A stretch of 64,000 nucleotides of DNA from Botryllus schlosseri (Eukaryota): positions 11,906,001 through 11,970,000 of the forward strand of contig CM119371.1 of assembly GCA_051294905.1 (NCBI GenBank). Reading direction: 5' to 3'. Of this stretch, positions 48,090 to 61,731 are shown piece by piece. The notes beneath the pieces are model-generated. The model was not told the DNA's origin. It saw nothing but the letters and a program-made list of their open reading frames with translations, and did not search any database. Every line of letters begins with the position of its first letter. Position 1 is the first letter of the stretch. The position numbers were made by a program, and so were the translations under genes.

Positions 48090-48872
48090 CGGGAGCGGTC
48101 AAACCGTGGCGCGCGAGGTAATTCTCAAAACTAGTAACAATAAAAAAGTAGATTATGAACGTAATTTATTGTGAATTTGCAAGACCTGCTTGCAAGGGTT
48201 CTTGATGACTAACATATCAGTTCCAACGCATTGGCGTCGCCAGCGGTCGCCCACATTTTTCGCTGATCTTCGGATATGGCCAAAAATTAAATTATTTCGT
48301 AACAATGTTTTTGACCTGATCTATCTGTTAGAACTGCGCGTGGTTTATTGTCAGTAGATTCTTGCTATTAGTATTGGTAACCCTTCCCGAAAATTAAAAA
48401 TACGACCAATTAGAAGATTTGGGTCCGACTATATAATCGCAATTGTGGGAGAATGTGTCGTTCAACATAAGACTTCGCGTCTGCACTCGCAGAAACAAAG
48501 TCGGCGATGAAAGCATTGAACAATTTTATATAGGCCTACGCATCTTTTATATTTATATGTCCAAGCGCCGAATAATCCTGTCCTTGCCAAATGTGCCCAG
48601 CGGTATACAGAGGTCACCAGCAATATATGCAAGTGACATTATTATTGACCGAATTCAATTAACTTGGTGCGGTTACGTCAATGAGGCACACTGACTTGTC
48701 ATGACACATTTATCATCGATTTTATGCGTAGTGACAGAAGTCTTGTTTTCACCGGTACCCAATCCAGCTCACTCCTGTGGGACGACTAAAAAAGGTCATC
48801 ACCATCATATGGCCCGCACAATGGTTCGTAAACCTCATGTGGCCTTTCGGCCGAAAAGATTGGCCGCGCCTG
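48090..48872. mobile_element. Non-autonomous Buster-type hAT element, degenerate TIRs
   Basis: cgggagcggtcaa ... ttggccgcgcctg; perfect TSD ATCTAGCA. Confidence 0.75.
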
Positions 48873-50427
48873 ATCTAGCAGTTCATCTTAAAGTTATTGC
48901 GGAAAATGGTTATGAATATCACAGGAGAAAATGGATCTTTGTAAACATTTCGAAGTCACCGTGATTACTAATCCAACTCTCTATTTTTTCCACAATCCCA
49001 AACAAAATGTATCTAAACAGCAAAATATTTGTATCGGTCGGCTATTGGTAATATAGCAATTAAAATGCGTCTGCACGGTAGCATAATTCATCTCTGACAG
49101 CCATTCTGTTGATGGGAGTTCTGGAGTTATACTATAGTAAGAAAGCGAAACTGCCTCGTGATTTTCCTAATTTATAAAAATACAATTTTGGTTATTAACT
49201 ACTTTTTAAATTAGGAGGCTTCGCGGACCCCTGAGGGTCCGCGAACCCCCGGTTGAGAGCCACTGCACAAGAAGAAACTGTTGATCACGCACGTTGGGGA
49301 TGTCTATCCCGCCATTTTGTTTCACAACGCGAGTCGGGAAACGTCAGCGATCAACCAGCATGTGTTAATTTTGCGCCGGCGGAATCGAACGCAGTTAGCC
49401 AAATCAAGACACGCGACACTAGCTTAAAGCACGGAGTCTAAGACCTGCTCTATCCGAACACTAAAGTCAAATGCCATTAGGCGAGCGGCTGATCCAGCTC
49501 AAGCCCAACGCTCAGATAACACGATGGGATCCTGAAAATTCAATTCTGTATTTTGAGTCATCGAGATTTTCTTGAATGATCATGGATAGGTGACTTTTTG
49601 TCAGAGGTGGTTGATGTATACAGCGTTGCTACTGAAGTAGTGGAAGTTTTGCTACAATGATTTATTCAGGTTCAAATATAAGTAGCGAAAATATAAATCT
49701 GTAAAGTACTTTTAAAAAGTTCGAAAAGTAGATTTGGTTGTTGGCTCGCAGTTAGTTGGAAATAGTCACTTTTGAAATTGCAGGGTGAAGCTTTGTGACT
49801 ACGACAAAGTGACCATTGAACAATGAATATGTGGGTGCCATTTTCAAAGACATTCAAAACCCAGGGATATCCCTGACAAAAACTAAGTTGTGATGTTGTT
49901 GTTTAGTGAGTGGTAGGGAAACACAATCACCCTAGGAAGTAGGCAAACCTGCTCGAGTACTCAGAATAACTAGAATTACTTCTCTAAAAAATATCTCTGC
50001 TTGATATTTATTTATCTTTGATGTTATTGATGTATTAATATGATGGAAAAGCGACATCTCAAGTTGGAATGAAGGTTGTGTCACTTGCAACTATGTGAAT
50101 ATACGCCCCGTTGGTCGTCACAATGCTAGAGCACAGTGATTACGTATAATCGCGAGTCGCCAATGTGTGAATTGGATTTGCGAAACGCGCATGACGCGCG
50201 AAATTTAACTTGTGAACCGTGTGTACGTGAGCCCGCGTTTATATGGCAGTGGTCCGCTAGCCTAATCAGAAAAAATCCCAGACGCGAACCAGAAATGCGT
50301 TTCTAAAACTATTCAACACGTTAACGCTAGTCGTCACTTATAAAAATACCTAATGTATCATATATCGTTGCTAGTTCCTCAAATAAGTATTGCTGAGGAA
50401 GCTTTTGTTTACAGCACAACTGTGTAT

Positions 50428-50832
50428 TAGAGGTCTTCAAAAATGACCTTTTTTCTCAAATCGTACTGGCTACGTGATAAAATTGTTAGGTTACCTAATT
50501 TATGCCTGCACACCAAATTTGGTTCAATTCCGACCAGTAGCCGCATTGCTACAGGAGAAACAGTTTCTATTTATTATATAAAAATAAATAATATAATATA
50601 TAAAATTTGAAAATTTTCTGTTCACCAAATTTGGTTCAATTCCGACCAGTGGAAGCGGAGTTATTGCCGTCGAAAAATTTGGAATATGAATAAAATAGTA
50701 TTTACGGTGACCAATTCTTTAATTATCTATTATAGTGGTGCCCACCGTAAATACTATTTTATTCATAATCCAAATTTTTCGACTGCAATAACTCCGCTGC
50801 CACTGGTTGGAATAGAACCAAATTTGGTGAAC
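50428..50832. mobile_element. Partial palindromic MITE related to 21411-22025
   Basis: Shares ttcaaaaat.ac.ttttt and caccaaatttggttc.attc..ac.agt motifs; internal inverted repeat of ~90-bp arms (~50620-50710 and ~50742-50832). Confidence 0.7.
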
Positions 50833-50849
50833 ATCGTAGATCACGTAAA

Positions 50850-51668
50850 GCTCATAAAAAAATGACTGACAGAAAATCGAACTATTTCATGAAAACCAAA
50901 CAACCCAGTAAGCAAACTGGGATTAGCTCACCCTTGAGAAATCACGGATGAACCTTATACTAAAAAATGAAGAGAAAATTATCAATTTCAGATTAGCAAA
51001 TGAAGGATAGCTATTCGGCGAAGCAAAGAAAAAACGAAATTTACTGAAAATTAAAAATGGAAAAACAGAAACCCACAAATGCAGATTGTGTCAGATGGAA
51101 AATGACACAATCCAACATGTATTTGGGCGATGTAGATTTACACAAGACATCCTGAAAAAACAAGCAATAAAACTCGACATCAGACTCAGAGATCCGGAGC
51201 TCATATTGCAACATCAAGGCACAACGAGTGAAGCAGCCATAGCCCTGATTTCGATCTTCAAAAAAGTCATCCTGAAATACAAAAGGAACCTGGACATTGA
51301 AAACGAAAAACCCGAAAACGACAAAGAGGAAAAAAGAAACTTGACCCGAAATATCCTGCGGAAGTTGGCGACACGAATATGAAAATCGCCAACCTGGAGA
51401 CATATCGACACCCTGAAAAACATCGAAGAAAAAGCGGAAGAACACCTAATCTAAAAGGGAAAACAGACACCGAAAACACAAACCTGAAGAATCGAATGGA
51501 GGATGAGAATGAACGATGCTGGACGATGACGACGAAGGATCCAAAGGAAAGAAATTGAATTTACACCCTTTTTTTGTTTATGCAAATTTTACTCGACTTT
51601 ATTGTACTGAAATTTTGATATAAGAAATAAATATATAGGTGACCAAGGTCACCACGATAAAAAAAAAA
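50850..51668 (+). mobile_element. L1/Tx1-like non-LTR retrotransposon 3' fragment
   Basis: CCHC knuckle CRLCQMENDTIQHVFGRC; A-rich plus strand; AATAAA at ~51626 and an A-tail ending at 51668. Confidence 0.6.
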
Positions 51669-52567
51669 CTGTATGGTGTATGTAATGCGATGGTGGCTTG
51701 ACATCGGATTTCCCAGAGCGAGAGGGATATTCATGTTAACTCGCTGGTAAATGCCCCGGTCAAAGAGGCATTTTCAGGAAAACAAATTAGATTAGAATTA
51801 GAATTTGAGCATAGGAACATGTCACATATTAGATTAGGATTAGAATTAGAGCATAAAAACATTTCATAAATTATATTAAACTTACATTACTGGCATTTTG
51901 TTCTAATTTAGTGAAATTAGACAATTAGAATTTTCTAGTTGTCCAAGTCTGCCGTCAAACATGGTTGTAAACCGCGCGGTTCGTCAGATATCGAAAAATG
52001 GAAAATGCATATAAAATTTACAAATGGGCGTGGTCAGTGAGTGGTCATCAAGGTCAAGTGCATGATCAAGACTCAATCGGACCCCTACCGTCCGGTTTAT
52101 GGCATAAAACAACGCAATATGGTTCCTTTTGTCATATCCAAGCATTTGCAGGCAGAGCAAACCAGTTTATGACTCATATGCCGCCTGAATTTGCTCTTGA
52201 ACTTGACCTAGATCTTGAAAATCACTGAAGCGTGACCAAAATCAACAAATCTCCCTCAGAAAACTATCCAGAACACGTTTTGATGTTTGAAACGGTGACA
52301 ATTTATGCAGAATACCGTACATGTCGACTTCTGATGTTCTGGCAGATTTTCCGACAATATTTCCCACTCGGAAAATATCTGGAAATTTTAGGTGATAACC
52401 ATTTTTTCATTGTGTTTTATTTTTATTTTTATTTTTGCAAACCAAAATTTTTGAGTAAGGTACCAAATGCATCGGAAAAGTCTCAGCTTTTCCAAAAACG
52501 TAGTCCCCGATGTCTATGGCGTGTCAACATGGAAAAATCGGTGTCGGAGACATGCCATATCATATAT

Positions 52568-53950
52568 CAGTGGTCGGGAACCTATGGCTCGCGAGCCATG
52601 TATGGTTCTTTTGGGCATAAGATATGGCTCTTTGCGTAATTCCTATTTTTGTGCTTTATGTATCGATATTGCAGCAACTTGTTTTCAAATCTTCAGCACG
52701 ACCAGTATCATTATTCTTGTGGCAGTATGAACAATAAACATGTCTTTGAGAGTTTAATACAGTGGCGTATTCGGGGTTAGGGGTTCGGACCCCCTTTTCA
52801 AAAGTCCTCAAATTTAAGTTGCTGTCGCGCCGGCGTCCAATATCCGCCACGAAATCTTGGATTGCACGTTATGTTGATTGATCAAAGAGAGTAGGAGACG
52901 TTGTGGAACCTGTATCAGAAAGCAGTTTTCAAATTAACATTGTCTTCCTGATCTACTGCGAGAAATAAACTACCGTGGAAGTGACATTCACAATTACAAA
53001 TTCAAATTATAAACAGCGCCATAAGTATCAATGATCTTGATTGATAACCTAGCTTTGTAGTCGCTGTTCAAATGTAAGCGTGTGGCGCAACGTTATGTTA
53101 CCGCCGAAAACTTTTACAATTGAGAAGTCTAATCGGAATCAGTGCAACAATTACATTCGATTAATATCAGTAATTATAAATTCTATGGTATGTACGATGA
53201 ATTGCGCTGTCACAGGTAAGACACCGCCCTGTCGTGCCTCACCTATGCCATACCTCACCTTTCACGCTTTATTTTCAAACAATATATGGACAAGTTACAT
53301 GATTTTGGTGGTAAAAATGTTCCAATTCTAGTAGACAGGTGATGCACAGCATCCCCTGCCTCCCCTCACCCCATCACTGACACATCAGACACATCAGTGG
53401 GTACTGATGCAGAGTGATCATGTTCGGCTTCGACTACGAATGGGTCCTTGCATTTAAGATTAGCATCCAGACGAACATACGATCCCGTATGACCGAAGAA
53501 AGACTCAAATTTTGTATGAAGCTTAACCACGACAATTGTCAGCCAGACTATACAAAGTCATCAGGAGTGCCATGCAACACCAAAAGTCGCATTGACTGTA
53601 AAACCGTATGGTCTACGTCTGTATGAAATTTGAATGATTATTGTCTTAAGCTTCGAAAAATATCATTTGCTCCTCAGTGCAATACAATTAGAAATAGCCT
53701 AGATAACTTGCAAAAGATCTATATAACTCAAGTGTTGCATACTCATTATTTAAATAAAATAAACAGTATGATTAGGACGAGAAAATAAGGTGCACGAATC
53801 CCATGTAGTGATTTCTAATTTGCGCTACCATGACGTCACGATTTTTAAATGCGACGTAATAGTTCATTGACATGTATAGCTCTTTGGGAGTTCAAATGAA
53901 AAATATAGGGTTAATATGGCTCTTCGGACAAAAAAGGTTCCCGACCACTG
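52568..53950. mobile_element. Non-autonomous Buster-type hAT element
   Basis: TIR CAGTGGTCGGGAACC; TSD TCATATAT/CCATATAT (7/8). Confidence 0.85.
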
Positions 53951-53977
53951 CCATATATGATACACCCACCTCATGTT

Positions 53978-54268
53978 CTGTGGTCGGGAACCTTTTTCGT
54001 CCGCAGAGTCATATTGACCCTACATTTCCCATTTCAACTCATAAAGAGCCATACATGTCAACCAGCTATTACGTCACAATTGAAAAATCGTGACGTCATG
54101 GTCGCGCAAATTCGAAATCACTACATGAAATACGTCGTTTGCACCTATATTTCCTCTGTAAAAACTGGTACTAACCATGCTGATTGTCTTATTTGAGTAA
54201 TGAGTATGCGAGAATTGAGTAACATAGATATTTTGCAAGTTCTATATTTTCAAGTGTATTGCACTTAG
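53978..54268 (-). mobile_element. Inverted partial copy of the right end of the 52568-53950 element
   Basis: Diverged reverse complement of ~53675-53950, starting ctgtggtcgggaacctttt. Confidence 0.8.
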
Positions 54269-54270
54269 GG

Positions 54271-55033
54271 CACGGGCGGGCAACATACGGCCCGCGGGCT
54301 TGATCCAGCCCGCGATGGGATTTTGTCCGACCCGCGGACTGTTTCCCGTCTTGCATGATAATTTGGCCCGCGGCCCCAGTCTGCCGAGATTCCCCGCTAT
54401 TTGCTTAAACGTCACATATTAGTGACTACATATTATTATATACGTGTGTACGCAGTCTGGGAGAGTAGAGCTTAAGCGTAAGTTCGTCGAAGCGAGGAGA
54501 CTTGCATTATCGGCATTTACCATTTACTCAACCCTAATGAATTGGTATCTTGGTAAATTTTGGTACCGGCTTATCGAACGCATCGAAATCTTAATTAAGA
54601 ATTGCACCATAGTGTTACAATGAAACATTCGAGGATGATTTTGGGGGATTCCAGCGCCACGAGCAAAATAAAATTTATATTTTCGCAATCAGTACCGCGG
54701 TAGCTCTCGATTGATACCTGTTTTATTAAATTTCGCGCTCGGCAAGCCTCTCATTATAGGACACTATGATTGCACCGTGTGTTAATTGATGAGACAGAAG
54801 TAGACATGGCCGCGCCTGTATGACAATGACAATGCTTTCTCAAATCCACATTGGCTTCGTCATTATCGGCGAGAAATGGCTTTGAAGTGACATTGCTTTC
54901 GTTAAAATACATTCATTAAATACGATTTATTCCGTGTATATGTGGATAAATAGGCTAATAATGTATCGATTCAGCAATCCGGCCCGCCAAGTACCTAATT
55001 TTCCTATATCCGGCCCGCCGACTCGAGAAGTTG
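54271..55033. mobile_element. hAT element related to 3416-4310, right end truncated
   Basis: cacgggcgggcaacatacggcccgcgggc ... tatccggcccgccgactcgagaagttg. Confidence 0.6.
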
Positions 55034-55630
55034 TAGAAATTGTAGAAATTTCAATAAATTGCAGCTCCATTATGGTGGCGTTCTGAAGGAAATGGCCGCG
55101 GCCAAAAATTTTTGTTCGTTTTTACCTCGAATTTGAGACCATATCATTTTTAGAGCGCAGTGCCCCTTTAATGGGGCAATATCAGTAGCAAGTATATAGA
55201 AACCCGTTTGACACTCTGCTCAATATCAGCATAGCAATGCTCAGACGCCCAATACATTGCCCGGTCTGGCCTAGATCGTTAAGGCGTAAGCTTATACTCC
55301 CTTGCAAGTCGTCGTCGAAATAGTTGGCAAAGCGGCGGAAGATATTGATGTTATGCGATTATTATATTATTTGATTGCCCCAGTTGATACACTTGGCGAC
55401 GTTTCAAACGTCAATATGTACTTCAGCATTGTGGCATTAAGTGGCACGAGTCGTCCCTAGGTATCGTGTACATTATTATAGGCTATCACTTCACTGCAAT
55501 GTAGGGTTGGAATTAGCAATATGACGTCACGTGACGTCATGAAGTTCACGTTCGCGTTCACACAGAACCTTTCAGAAAGGTTCGCGTTCGCACGAACCTG
55601 AACCTTTCAGAGGTTCACACAATCCCTAGT

Positions 55631-57019
55631 ATCCATATCAAACGAGAAACTTGAAATCTTCGATGGATCTCAGATTCGAATACGGACTAATGATTAGAAT
55701 TTCATATTAAAAAAGGTGCTCACTGCATGGAATCCCTTCTAGGATGCAGTGTTGGCATCAAGTCAATACCTTCGAGTCACGAGTCATCTCGAGTCATTGC
55801 ATATTTTCACTCGAGTCAAGTCAAGTCACCCGTTTTTTGGAGGTGACTCGGGTCAAGTCGAGTCAAGTCAAGTCAAGTCACGAGTCAAGTCACAATTAAA
55901 GTCAAATTGAATTTCGAAGTATGAGTGATGATTCAAAGTCATTACATTTTGCTACTCGCACAAGTGACACCGGCGTATCTTGAACAATCCCAACATACAC
56001 AAGATACATTGATTTAATCAACACTGTTTCACTTATTGACTTGAAATTGACTCGTAAATGTTGCTCCGCGTCACGAGTCAATGCAGATTTCTGAAGCTCC
56101 GAGTCAAGTTAAGTCAAGTCATTTTTGCAAAGTCACTCGAGTCAAGTCAAGTCATACGAAAAAGTTGACTCGAGTCCGACTCGAGTCCGACTCGAGTCAA
56201 GTCATGACTCGAGTCACCTCAACACTGCTAGGATGTAGTAAATAAAACTTTTTGGAAAACCACAAAGCACCCAACTACAAACAGTCCGCCAAAGGATTGG
56301 TATCTCGATATGTAAACTTTGGAGCAAACATGAGCATTAAATCTAACTTCCTGTTCAGTCATCTTGGTATATTTTCTGATAATATGCTTCATTATAGGGA
56401 AAAGAAACGGGAAAGGTTCCACCAATACGTCAAAGCAACGAAAGAAATATATCAGTGCAGATGCAGCGAACATATTATGGGAGATTATTGCTGGAACTTT
56501 CCGAACGAAAGTGCTTACCACCGAAAATAGTACAAGAAACAATTTTGCTTTAAGATAAGTTATTATTATTATATTGCAACTGATTATTTTGAATTTAAAA
56601 TAGGTTGTTGACATAAAACTGATACAATTATTGCAATGTTATTTGAGTATTTAGGAATATACTTATATACAGGATTGAAGTTCATTTATGTACTTGTACA
56701 TGAAATCCGTGAAAGTCCCCAATTATCATAAATCTAATGCCCCGAATTATAATTCTGTTGTTGTATTTTGTTTTAAAACAGTCTGGAGCGTGCCAAAATA
56801 CCAATTAGATTGAATTTCTGAATTTTACAGTACGACTACGCCGATTTTTTATTTATTCCATACAGCGAAAATATGAGATTATAGTCAAAATAGCCCCATG
56901 GATAATCTCCAAAATTAGAGCCAATTTGAAATAACCAAGGTCATATTCGGAATAATCGCCTCGCAGAACCACCAAAACCATTATTACTTTATCTGCCTAA
57001 AAATATGTGTTGATCAGTG
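55631..57019 (+). mobile_element. Chapaev3-like transposon 3' remnant, copy 2
   Basis: Colinear with 7017-7920; ORF 56252-56530 has NHKAPNYKQ..GANMSIKSNFLFSHLGIF..ERFHQYVK..MGDYCW; terminus tgttgatcagtg plus TTA. Confidence 0.7.
55747..56227. mobile_element. hAT MITE rich in GACTCGAGTC/AGTCA repeats
   Basis: TIR CAGTGTTG; perfect TSD CTAGGATG; empty site at 7121-7128. Confidence 0.93.
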
Positions 57020-57159
57020 TTATCAAAGGAAAGATCGTTACGTATTTTAGTCATTGGTGTTTTCACGGCATATACACCGACTCATGATATACATACACAC
57101 GATCTGTGCATATGCATACCATAGTGCATGATGTGCATATGCTGCTGAACTAGGAAGGT

Positions 57160-57343
57160 ATATCATGGCATTGTAAGGCTTTCTAGGTCTTGCACCAGCC
57201 CCCTCACCAACCATGCTATAGCAGTAATGCTGAGCGCCAAGCGCGATACCAGCGTTACTGATCAGATCTCTGGTTCGTACCGGCCGGGTATTGAACCCAC
57301 GAACCCACGATCAACAATCAGGACGCTTCACCACTGCGCTATC
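57160..57343 (-). mobile_element. tRNA-derived SINE (family A)
   Basis: Minus strand has A-box-like tagcgcagtggt and B-box-like ggttcaatacc. Confidence 0.65.
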
Positions 57344-57708
57344 TTGTCGGCTAACTGCATTTGATAAAGCGGATACATAATTGGAACCACTACGGAAACG
57401 ACATATCTATATTTCTGTAACATTAATTGCTCCTGCGTGATAAAAACTGTTACGGGCATTGGCGCTTCTCTCTTTATCTCTGCCGCGCGGCGCTTCCCGG
57501 CCCTAATATAAAGTGCGTTTTATAAATCAGATAAATGAAACCATAATGCGTGAGCATCTTCAAATATAATCGATTCAGCTAACATAAATTAGTTGCCTGT
57601 GTCATAACAAATATCACGCGATTGGTGCTTCTCTCGTTATCTTTGCCCCTTTCGTATCGTCTGGCGCTTCCCGAACGGGCCCTGACGTCTAATATTTAAT
57701 TGCATACA

Positions 57709-58907
57709 ATGGAGCAGTCTTATCAATTCATCCGGCTCGTTACGTAAACAGACTTGAATCCACAGGATGTCTAGTCATCAGAAAGCGCTTGCATTTCTGG
57801 TATCTACGGGTAATAAGGTGACTACTATACTATATAAACCACCACTGGGATTACTCGCATCAGTTCTCATAATTCTTGGTTATATTCTTCGTAGAGAGAA
57901 ATAGGGTATTAGGAACTAATAGACTTGCATGTAGAATGTAGATATAGAGAGTGAGTGAATACATGTTATTCAGGCGTACCAATTCTACATTCAGATATCA
58001 ATTTATTGAGAACCCCATTTAATCATTTATTGCAAGATCGCGGATTTAATAAATATAATTTTTCTCATTTCAGTTTTATGAAATATATAATATTAGTCTC
58101 TCGGAAATAAAGAAAATATTATGAACGCGCAGAAAGAAACTCAAGTTTGCCCGGCGATATTTTGGCAAAAGTAAGAATGTATTTTGATTTTTGTAAATGA
58201 ACTCGAACGTACTTCTCTTCATCATCATCAATGGAACATGAGGGTTTCGAATAGTTCACTTTTTTATAAGTACTATTTTATTGCAGCGGGCCCATGCGGT
58301 TTGAGAACAGCGACTCGGAACGAGCTCTGGCTGAGTTGCTGAACAATTGGAGTCCGTTCGAAAAGACAGTTACTACGACGAAGACTAAAACATCACGTCC
58401 AAAATGTCGTGACCCGTATCTTGGGGCAATGAGAAAAAGAATCCAACAGGTACATGTTTTCGTGTTCGACGCGTGAAGATTGACTCTGCTATAATTTTAT
58501 ACATCCATATTTAACTATATACATTCAGTGAAATTTTTCAGTTATTTACTTCACTGATTTACTATACTTAGCCTACAGGATTGTTCCTTTGTCCTATTTT
58601 CTGCTAATACTGCCCCTTCCCGACGTACTTGTTCAGGTACGGCTTTTACATGGCACATGATTCATATTTACGCAACCAGTATGCTTCGCTACGTGACCTA
58701 TATCGCATGAAATCTGATGACGCTAATTCCTATGCATTCTTTCTTTTTTTGAGAAAAGGGGCAATGTTCAGCAAAGATATTTACTTACCCGACCGACCGG
58801 ACGAAGCAGGGATCAAGCAGTTCGGCCAACGAAATACCAAATCTCGTTACGACAAAAAACTGGGGGCGATACCGATCGACTTCAACGATGATGACGAGTG
58901 TTCTTGA
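57709..58907 (+). pseudogene. Copy 2 of the unidentified multi-exon gene, decayed
   Basis: Colinear with 1501-2845; extra upstream segment from ATG 57709 ending in a GTAA donor; multiple stops; last-exon acceptor altered. Confidence 0.55.
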
Positions 58908-60293
58908 GATATGGAGAGGATATTTGATTTCTTTGAATCCATCAAAAGCAACTGGCATTGAATAGCATTTTTCGTGATTAACACTGTTTCCAATTTCGTA
59001 TTTCTAAGTATTCTATCGAATAAAGCGATGAAGATAACGCTTTGTTATGTAATTTATAATATTCAAATTGCGATAGGCATTGTTTCATGGAATGCTAGAC
59101 TGTCGTAGCTCGTAAGTAACCATATCAGGGCTGCTTAAACTATTTTCCTTTGCGACAGTATTTTAGAAGATAAATTTCGACTAGACATCACCATGGGCAT
59201 GGGCAGTATATATATATGGTAATGTGGATGATATTCATCCGAAAAAAGTCCTAGAGCGAATTTTACAATGAGGTATGAACACATTGTCAGTCGATATGAC
59301 GTCACATTAGTGGAGTGGAACGTAGGTTTTGAATGAGGCCATATCTAATGCGGGCTTTAGTTATTAATTGGGTCTGCAACAGATTTCTTCACGGGCCGGA
59401 TGCAATCGTGTGCATGGTGGACGTCCCTGACTTCCCTGTTATACTGTTAGGTAGGAGCTGTTATCTGGTTGTGTGTTGGAACCAGGTCCGAAACATTATT
59501 TTTTCAGTCACCATCCTCCAAAAAATGCACTCATCTTGGGCCCACCATAGAGTAATCGATGCAAGTTCTTGCGGGCTTACTATAAGCATCTGCTTGTTAA
59601 AATTTGTGAATGATTTCTGTCAATGTTATTCGTTCTTCTATACTCCAGTAGGTTGCACATCCGGTGGTTTGCAAACTTTTATGGCTACGAGCTCATTTCC
59701 AATTTGAAAATGTTCCGTGGTCCAGCTCAAAAAATTATAGGCAGATTACAAAAAAATCAGCTTGCCCAGACTTACTTACAGCCGATTTTGGAAGCTTATG
59801 ACGTCCGGGTCCAGCATCTTCGCGATCCTCAGAATAAAGTCAAACGGTACCCAGGTTTAGAACAAATGTCTTTAACTAAACCAAAGCGTCCAAACGGCTT
59901 TAACCAATTCTAGCAACATGGCGTTATCTTATAATTGCGATTACAACTAGATTTATTTCAGTAAATGATGGTTATTTTTATTTATTTTTGATGGTATTTT
60001 TTTGCGAGAGCGGTGCACAGTCCCCATATTAACATCAATATAGGATGTATTAAATCGCACGCAGCGCGAAGAAAAATTTCAAATAGCATAAATCTGATTA
60101 AAAATAATATTATTTACGTTGATCTACGAATTATCTTTTAGCCTACTTCAAGATTTCTAAATGGCAACCCTAAACTAGCTATTAGCAACACAAGATATGA
60201 TAGTTATATAATATAATTGAAGAAGCCTGATGCGATGGATGTGCCTGATTCCGACGTAAAGAAGTCATAAATTCATGCTATACAGAACAATAC

Positions 60294-60713
60294 GTTGTAT
60301 CATTGAATACAGTAACGTCAATAACGACTATCCTCAACAGTTTTTAAAGAGGACTATTTGCGGGAGACATGTGTTGCTGAGTGGTTAAGCTATTCAGAAG
60401 ATTCAGAAGAATTAAAAATGTTCCTTGAATTTATCATAATAGTTAGTATACTTATGGTAATAAAATGGCTTTTTATCCGAAGGGAATCGTGTTTTCCGGA
60501 ACAGTTGTATCATTGAATACAGTAACGTCAATAACGACTATCCTCAACAGTTTTTAAAGAGGACTATTTGCGGGAGACATGTGTTGCTGAGTGGTTAAGC
60601 TATTTAGAAGATTCAGAAGAATTAAAAATGTTCCTTGAATTTATCATAATAGTTAGTATACTTATGGTAATAAAATGGCTTTTTATCCGAAGGGAATCGT
60701 GTTTTCCGGAACA
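60294..60713 (+). repeat. Near-perfect 210-bp tandem duplication
   Basis: 60294-60503 versus 60504-60713; one difference seen (tattcagaag vs tatttagaag). Confidence 0.95.
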
Positions 60714-61287
60714 TGAGTTTCATTTTTATTTTATATCTTGGAAACTATGTTTTTACCACTGCACCATAATCACAAAACGTAAATTGTAAGTTTTTTTTGT
60801 GACATTTTTTAATCGAATTCACAGTTTAAACCTCACCATCGATACATCTACAATATAGTGAAGTATATATCGTCTGGTTAACAATTCCGCCAATATCCTT
60901 AACCAGTACAGCAAGCTAGACCTTCAATAACGACGTTGAAATTGGAATTATTAGAACACGATTTTTGTAAGCCTCCATGTCATGACGGTCACAGCGAATA
61001 ACATTTAATCCCACAAGCCAACAGAAGTAGTGATGTCGAAAGTGCTGACAACGTTTCTATTTACCTGATTGATCACCGATTATATCAATGGCTTAGCTAA
61101 GCCTAGCTAGCCGTGACCCCCTTTGGGAAAGCGATAGATGACGTGGAAAGCCCTGCTGGTCCGTAATATAGGTGTGATGTTATGGACTCACTCTGGTTTT
61201 AAATTGAGTGCGTAAATTCTATCAACATTGTCCTACAAGCAAATGAAGCGTTTTTGTCGAAAAAATGCGACTTGACACACCGTACAG

Positions 61288-61731
61288 CAGTGGTTTCCAA
61301 CCGTTTTCCTCCCATACCATTACGAGGTGTTATGCAGTGATCGCGTACCACCTACATAAGTTACGCACACTGAAGATGGTCAAAAATGTTGCCATCAAGT
61401 TGAGCTGCCGAAGGCATCGAAGCAGAAAATAAACTGTCCATTTTAAGACGCTGTATGTGATTTCTGTGGTGGATCCATTTGGAATTCTTGTGGTCAAATA
61501 TATAATAAAATGGAATTTGGATAGGCAAGAATCCCAACACTTTACGACCAGATCCCTTCCCCGTAGGCTGTCATTGGTGGGATTGCATCTACCCACGACG
61601 ACGACCTTACCACGACAACGGCTTCAAAAAACTCAAAATCAACCCCATGTGAACTAATAACTCCCTTCGGTCGAAAAACATAGAATCTACTCGCATACCA
61701 CCTGGAATACCTTTGGGGTTGGGAACCAGTG
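61288..61731. mobile_element. Buster-type hAT MITE
   Basis: cagtggtttccaacc ... ggttgggaaccagtg; TSD CCGTACAG/CCATACAG (7/8). Confidence 0.8.

Noticed and set aside
57270..57343. tRNA gene
   Set aside because: A/B boxes are present but no convincing cloverleaf; it continues into a repeated body, consistent with a SINE head.
59333..59913. Plus-strand ORFs of 124 and 96 aa as a gene
   Set aside because: No recognisable motifs or consistent exon chain; only a faint hAT-like AKMLDP on the minus strand, too weak to call.
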